A stretch of DNA of 63,950 bases, filler included, from Armatimonadota bacterium (lineage in GTDB: Bacteria > Armatimonadota > Fimbriimonadia > Fimbriimonadales > Fimbriimonadaceae): the NCBI GenBank assembly GCA_031400935.1. It is 4 parts of 4 records of this genome, joined end to end, with 100 filler letters (N's around TTAATTAATTAA, not from the genome) between each part and the next. Parts side by side here need not be neighbours in the genome. Positions count along the whole stretch, not along the records: positions 60,217 to 63,950 come from JANNQV010000031.1; 3 more parts are not named here. The stretch is one strand, 5' to 3'. The notes beneath the pieces are model-generated. The model was given only the letters and a program-made list of their open reading frames with translations, searched no databases and was not told the DNA's origin. Made by a program: the position numbers and the translations under genes. Positions 60,844 through 63,950 of this stretch are shown piece by piece. Positions within the stretch are counted from its first letter, which is position 1. Each line of letters starts with the position of its first letter.

Positions 60844-61662
60844 ATGACTTCGATGACTCCAGAGATGGAGTCCCTAAAGATACGGCTAAAAGCCACTTGG
60901 GAAGCGGGCGATTACGGGGTTTTTGCCACCTATCTGCTAACAGGAGCGCTTGAATTTTTCAAACGCTTGAATATTCCCTTAGGCACCACTTTGCTTGACG
61001 TTGGCTGCGGCGCAGGACAACTGACTATTCCGGCGGCCGAATCTGGAATTGATGTAACTGGAATTGACCTTGCCCAAAATCTGGTAGATCAAGCCAACGA
61101 GAAGCTCACTTCCAAAGGATTTCAACCCACCGTTCATCAAGGCGATGCTGAAAGCCTAGATTTTCCAGATGCATCGTTTGACACCGTAATGAGCCTAATT
61201 GGATCCATGTTTGCACCTCGACCAGAGCTTGTCGCTTCAGAAATAGTTCGAGTTTGCAAGCCCGGCGGACAAATCATCATGGGCAACTGGACTCCTGAAG
61301 GCCACATCGGGCAGATGTTCAAAGTGATAGGCAGCCACGTTCCACCGCCAGCCATCTTCCCTTCTCCGCTCCTTTGGGGCAAGGAAGATGTTGTTCGAGA
61401 GAGGTTTGGCGATTCAGTTACCGATCTTCAAATTACAAAGCGATCCTATCCATTCCGATATCCAATGCCACCATCTGGAGTTGTTGATTTCTTCATCGAA
61501 TACTACGGCCCAACTCTTCGAGCGTATGGTTCTTTATCTGATGAAGCAAAGCCCAATTTCAGAAACGATCTTATTGAGCTTTGGAGTCGAAACAATTTGG
61601 CGACTGATGGGGCGACCTATGTCGAAGCTGAGTACATTGAGGTCATTGGAATTCGAGCCTGA
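60844..61662 (+). CDS. Class I SAM-dependent methyltransferase
   Basis: LLDVGCGAG, GDAESL.F.D.SFD, RVCKPGG; GGAGG RBS. Confidence 0.92.
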   Translation: MTSMTPEMESLKIRLKATWEAGDYGVFATYLLTGALEFFKRLNIPLGTTLLDVGCGAGQLTIPAAESGIDVTGIDLAQNLVDQANEKLTSKGFQPTVHQGDAESLDFPDASFDTVMSLIGSMFAPRPELVASEIVRVCKPGGQIIMGNWTPEGHIGQMFKVIGSHVPPPAIFPSPLLWGKEDVVRERFGDSVTDLQITKRSYPFRYPMPPSGVVDFFIEYYGPTLRAYGSLSDEAKPNFRNDLIELWSRNNLATDGATYVEAEYIEVIGIRA

Positions 61663-61680
61663 TTCGGCAATACTTGAAAC

Positions 61681-62223
61681 ATGAGATGGCTCGTCACAGG
61701 ATTTGGTGCGTTCGAGGACGTTTCCGACAATGTAACGAGCCATGTCGCTCCATTGATGGGGGAGCCGTTTCATATTCTCGAAGTGTCCTACCAAGCGGTT
61801 GATGAGTTCCTGACATCCCTTGATCCAGAGTCCTTTGATGCTTTGCTCGCGTTGGGGCATGACAAAAGGGCAGATCGAATTCGAATCGAAACCCTGGGAC
61901 GAAATGTCATCGGCCCAAGACCAGACGTTCGAGGGTACTTGCCGCCTTCGCCGCAAACAGGATCAGACACAGTTCCAGCTTCCCTTTGGAATCTGATTGG
62001 CCTCCAAGATTGCGATCATTGGACAATTAGTGAAGATGCTGGGGACTACTTATGCAATTACATGCTTTATCAGGCATCGAAAACGTTTCCAAGTAAGTTG
62101 ATCGGCTTTTTACATTTGCCCCCAGCCGAAGTTGTTTCACTTGAAGAGCAATCGGCAGGGATTCGAGAACTCATGAATTTCGTACAGAGTGCGGTGGGCA
62201 CCAATTTGCAAACGCAGGGATAG
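61681..62223 (+). CDS. Pyroglutamyl peptidase I-like protein
   Basis: LVTGFGAF, IE, SEDAGDYLCNY, GFLHLP. Confidence 0.85.
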   Translation: MRWLVTGFGAFEDVSDNVTSHVAPLMGEPFHILEVSYQAVDEFLTSLDPESFDALLALGHDKRADRIRIETLGRNVIGPRPDVRGYLPPSPQTGSDTVPASLWNLIGLQDCDHWTISEDAGDYLCNYMLYQASKTFPSKLIGFLHLPPAEVVSLEEQSAGIRELMNFVQSAVGTNLQTQG

Positions 62224-62243
62224 TGGAATTTTGGATAGTAAAT

Positions 62244-63239
62244 CTAACGAAAACTAGCCCGGACTCCATTTGGGGACCACAAAACAATTTGCTTCCTGGA
62301 GCCTTCATTATTTGGATCGCCATCTACTAATTGATTCTTGCGATTCCAGTGAAGGCTCCAAGATTCATTGCTCTGATCCTCAGAAAGTCTCTGATTGAGA
62401 ACCCGTTTTTCATTCTTGGTATCAAAAACCCAAAGGCGTCCATATCCCTTTGCTTTGGCAGGATATGTGATTCCAAATCCTGCAAAATACCGACCTGTGG
62501 TAGATTCGGAGATAGATCTGTTCTCACCACTAACTTCGTCAATGACTTTCTCATCCAACCGGACCAGTTGGACTGAACCGCCTCAGCCACAGTCAGAGCC
62601 TGCAGAATACAAATAATAATGTGGTTTTGTTGGCCCGACATTGGCACCAGCTTTTCTCAGCTCCATTTCAGATATAGCGATGTCTGGATCTGTACCCCGC
62701 TCAATGTCCCGAACTACCAGCTTGATTCCTTTGTAAGCTCGCTTAGGAAGAGAAATCGAATGCCATCCCATTTTGTCGGATAGTAAAACTGTCTTGATGG
62801 GGTTTTCGTCACCAGTGTAGGTCCAATTCGAGTCATAGATGTCTATTTTGACAATTCTGGCGTTTCGAGAGAAGGTCGCTCGATCTTTATTGTAGCCATT
62901 CATGATTCGAATCTCATCCAATACAATGGGAGCTGTTCGAGTTAGATGAACCCAGCTACGTTCTTCTAGTGATCGGAGTTTCTTCGAGATAGTCTTTCCG
63001 TCAACCTCCTCCACGTTAACCGGATCGCCAAATGTGCCGCTAAACACCCATGCTGTTGAAGGATTCTTATCAAACATTAAAGGAATCGGATAGCTAGAAT
63101 GCCGCATTCCAAACCAAGATTCTTCTCCAGTCGAAACTTTCCAGCCTCCCCAAGAGGCGTTTGTGTGTTCGCCGTCCGCAAGGCAGGCACACGATATTGA
63201 CATTAGAATTGCAATTGGTAACCAACGAAAATTGGACAC
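62244..63239 (-). CDS. Secreted discoidin/glycan-binding-like protein with in-frame TGA at codon 219 (candidate selenoprotein, otherwise a nonsense allele)
   Basis: ORFs 62583-63239 and 62244-62558 share one frame: ...GSDCG[TGA]GGSVQLVRLDEK...; FDKNPSTAW, IRIMNGYNK..F..NAR, IAISEM motifs. Confidence 0.6.
62550..62577 (-). promoter_or_regulatory. Candidate bacterial SECIS element
   Basis: UGA-N10-UCCAACU[GGUCC]GGUUGGA hairpin with lower UUCA/UGAG stem and bulged G. Confidence 0.5.
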
Positions 63240-63311
63240 TTCAATTCTTGGGACGTATCACGCTGCTAATCGTGTTGCAATTTTCGCCCAGTTTAGGCTA
63301 ATATATCCTTC

Positions 63312-63410
63312 TTGCTCGGCAATTTACTGAACGCATACTCAATTTCTAACGGCACATTGGTGCCGTCGCGTTTGGTTGCCCGCCGTCGTAGCCGCCGCCC
63401 TCGTATCTAG
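63312..63410 (+). CDS. Arginine-rich leader peptide upstream of argF (start TTG 63312, or TTG/GTG 63357/63360)
   Basis: ...VPSRLVARRRSRRPRI*; 7 Arg in the last 13 codons. Confidence 0.6.
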   Translation: MLGNLLNAYSISNGTLVPSRLVARRRSRRPRI

Positions 63411-63468
63411 GGGGTTTGCCTTGGACGAGCCACGCACTTAGGTTCCCGCAAATCTCCTGCATTCTTTT
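63409..63468 (+). promoter_or_regulatory. Attenuator-like hairpin after the leader ORF
   Basis: AGGGGGTTTGC (63409-63419) pairs with GCAAATCTCCT (63448-63458), followed by gcattctttt. Confidence 0.5.
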
Positions 63469-63610
63469 GTTATCGGTTGTCAGTTGTCAGCGGTTGGCGG
63501 TTAGCTGTTGGCAGTTGCCGGAATCCGCTTCCCGCCTTCCGCACTTTCGTACAACCCATCAACTGACAACTGACACTAGCCCTAAACCCTAGACCCTAGA
63601 CCCCATACCC
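63469..63610. repeat. Mixed heptamer arrays (GTTGTCA / AACTGAC / AGACCCT)
   Basis: gttatcg gttgtca gttgtca ... aactgac aactgac ... aaaccct agaccct agacccc. Confidence 0.75.
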
Positions 63611-63620
63611 CGGAGCCCCC

Positions 63621-63950
63621 ATGGCATTACAAGATTATCAAAAACTCATAAACAGTCACCACAATCATCACGCTTCAATTGAACCTTCGAAGCCAAAGCA
63701 TATCCTAGCAGCATCTGACCTGAATGGCGAAGAAATTCGCTTAATTCTCGATACCGCAAAGTTCCTCAAGCGGCAACGAGCAAAAAACCCGCATATCGTC
63801 GCCCCGCTTGCAAACCGCATGATGGCAATGATCTTTGAAAAGCAATCGCTGAGAACCCGGGTTTCATTTGAAACAGGCTGGAACGAGCTTGGCGGGCATG
63901 CGATTTATCTGACCAAAAACGATATTGAAATGGGCAAGCGAGAGTCAATT
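63621..63950 (+). CDS. argF: Ornithine carbamoyltransferase (3' truncated; absent from ORF track)
   Basis: Translation gives MIFEKQSLRTRVSFE...LGGHAIYL...MGKRESI. Confidence 0.92.
   Translation, partial: MALQDYQKLINSHHNHHASIEPSKPKHILAASDLNGEEIRLILDTAKFLKRQRAKNPHIVAPLANRMMAMIFEKQSLRTRVSFETGWNELGGHAIYLTKNDIEMGKRESI

Overview
Four concatenated contigs of a bacterial draft genome, joined by artificial N44-TTAATTAATTAA-N44 spacers at 30940, 46886 and 60117. The 16S rRNA and gene content suggest Armatimonadota (Fimbriimonadaceae-like); this is inferred and needs a classifier. Most of the window is housekeeping: a partial 16S with its promoter, pstSCA, purH, remA-mreBCD, gdhA, hflX, xerD, aroQ, pcrA, fahA, a Dop/PafA-family fragment and the start of argF. 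Accessory blocks of secreted hypothetical proteins lie at about 24.5-30.2 kb, 31.2-38 kb and 57.6-60.1 kb. The strongest signals missing from the ORF track are: (1) a secreted discoidin/glycan-binding-like gene split by one in-frame TGA in a Cys-Gly-TGA-Gly motif, directly followed by an fdhF-like SECIS hairpin, which makes it a candidate new selenoprotein; (2) an arginine-rich leader ORF (RLVARRRSRRPRI*) fused to a hairpin upstream of argF, a candidate arginine attenuator; (3) three further small genes that each carry one in-frame TAA; (4) frequent leaderless -10/N6/start architecture; (5) inverted heptamer/nonamer repeat arrays, one of them inside a coding sequence; (6) matched back-to-back ECF promoters.
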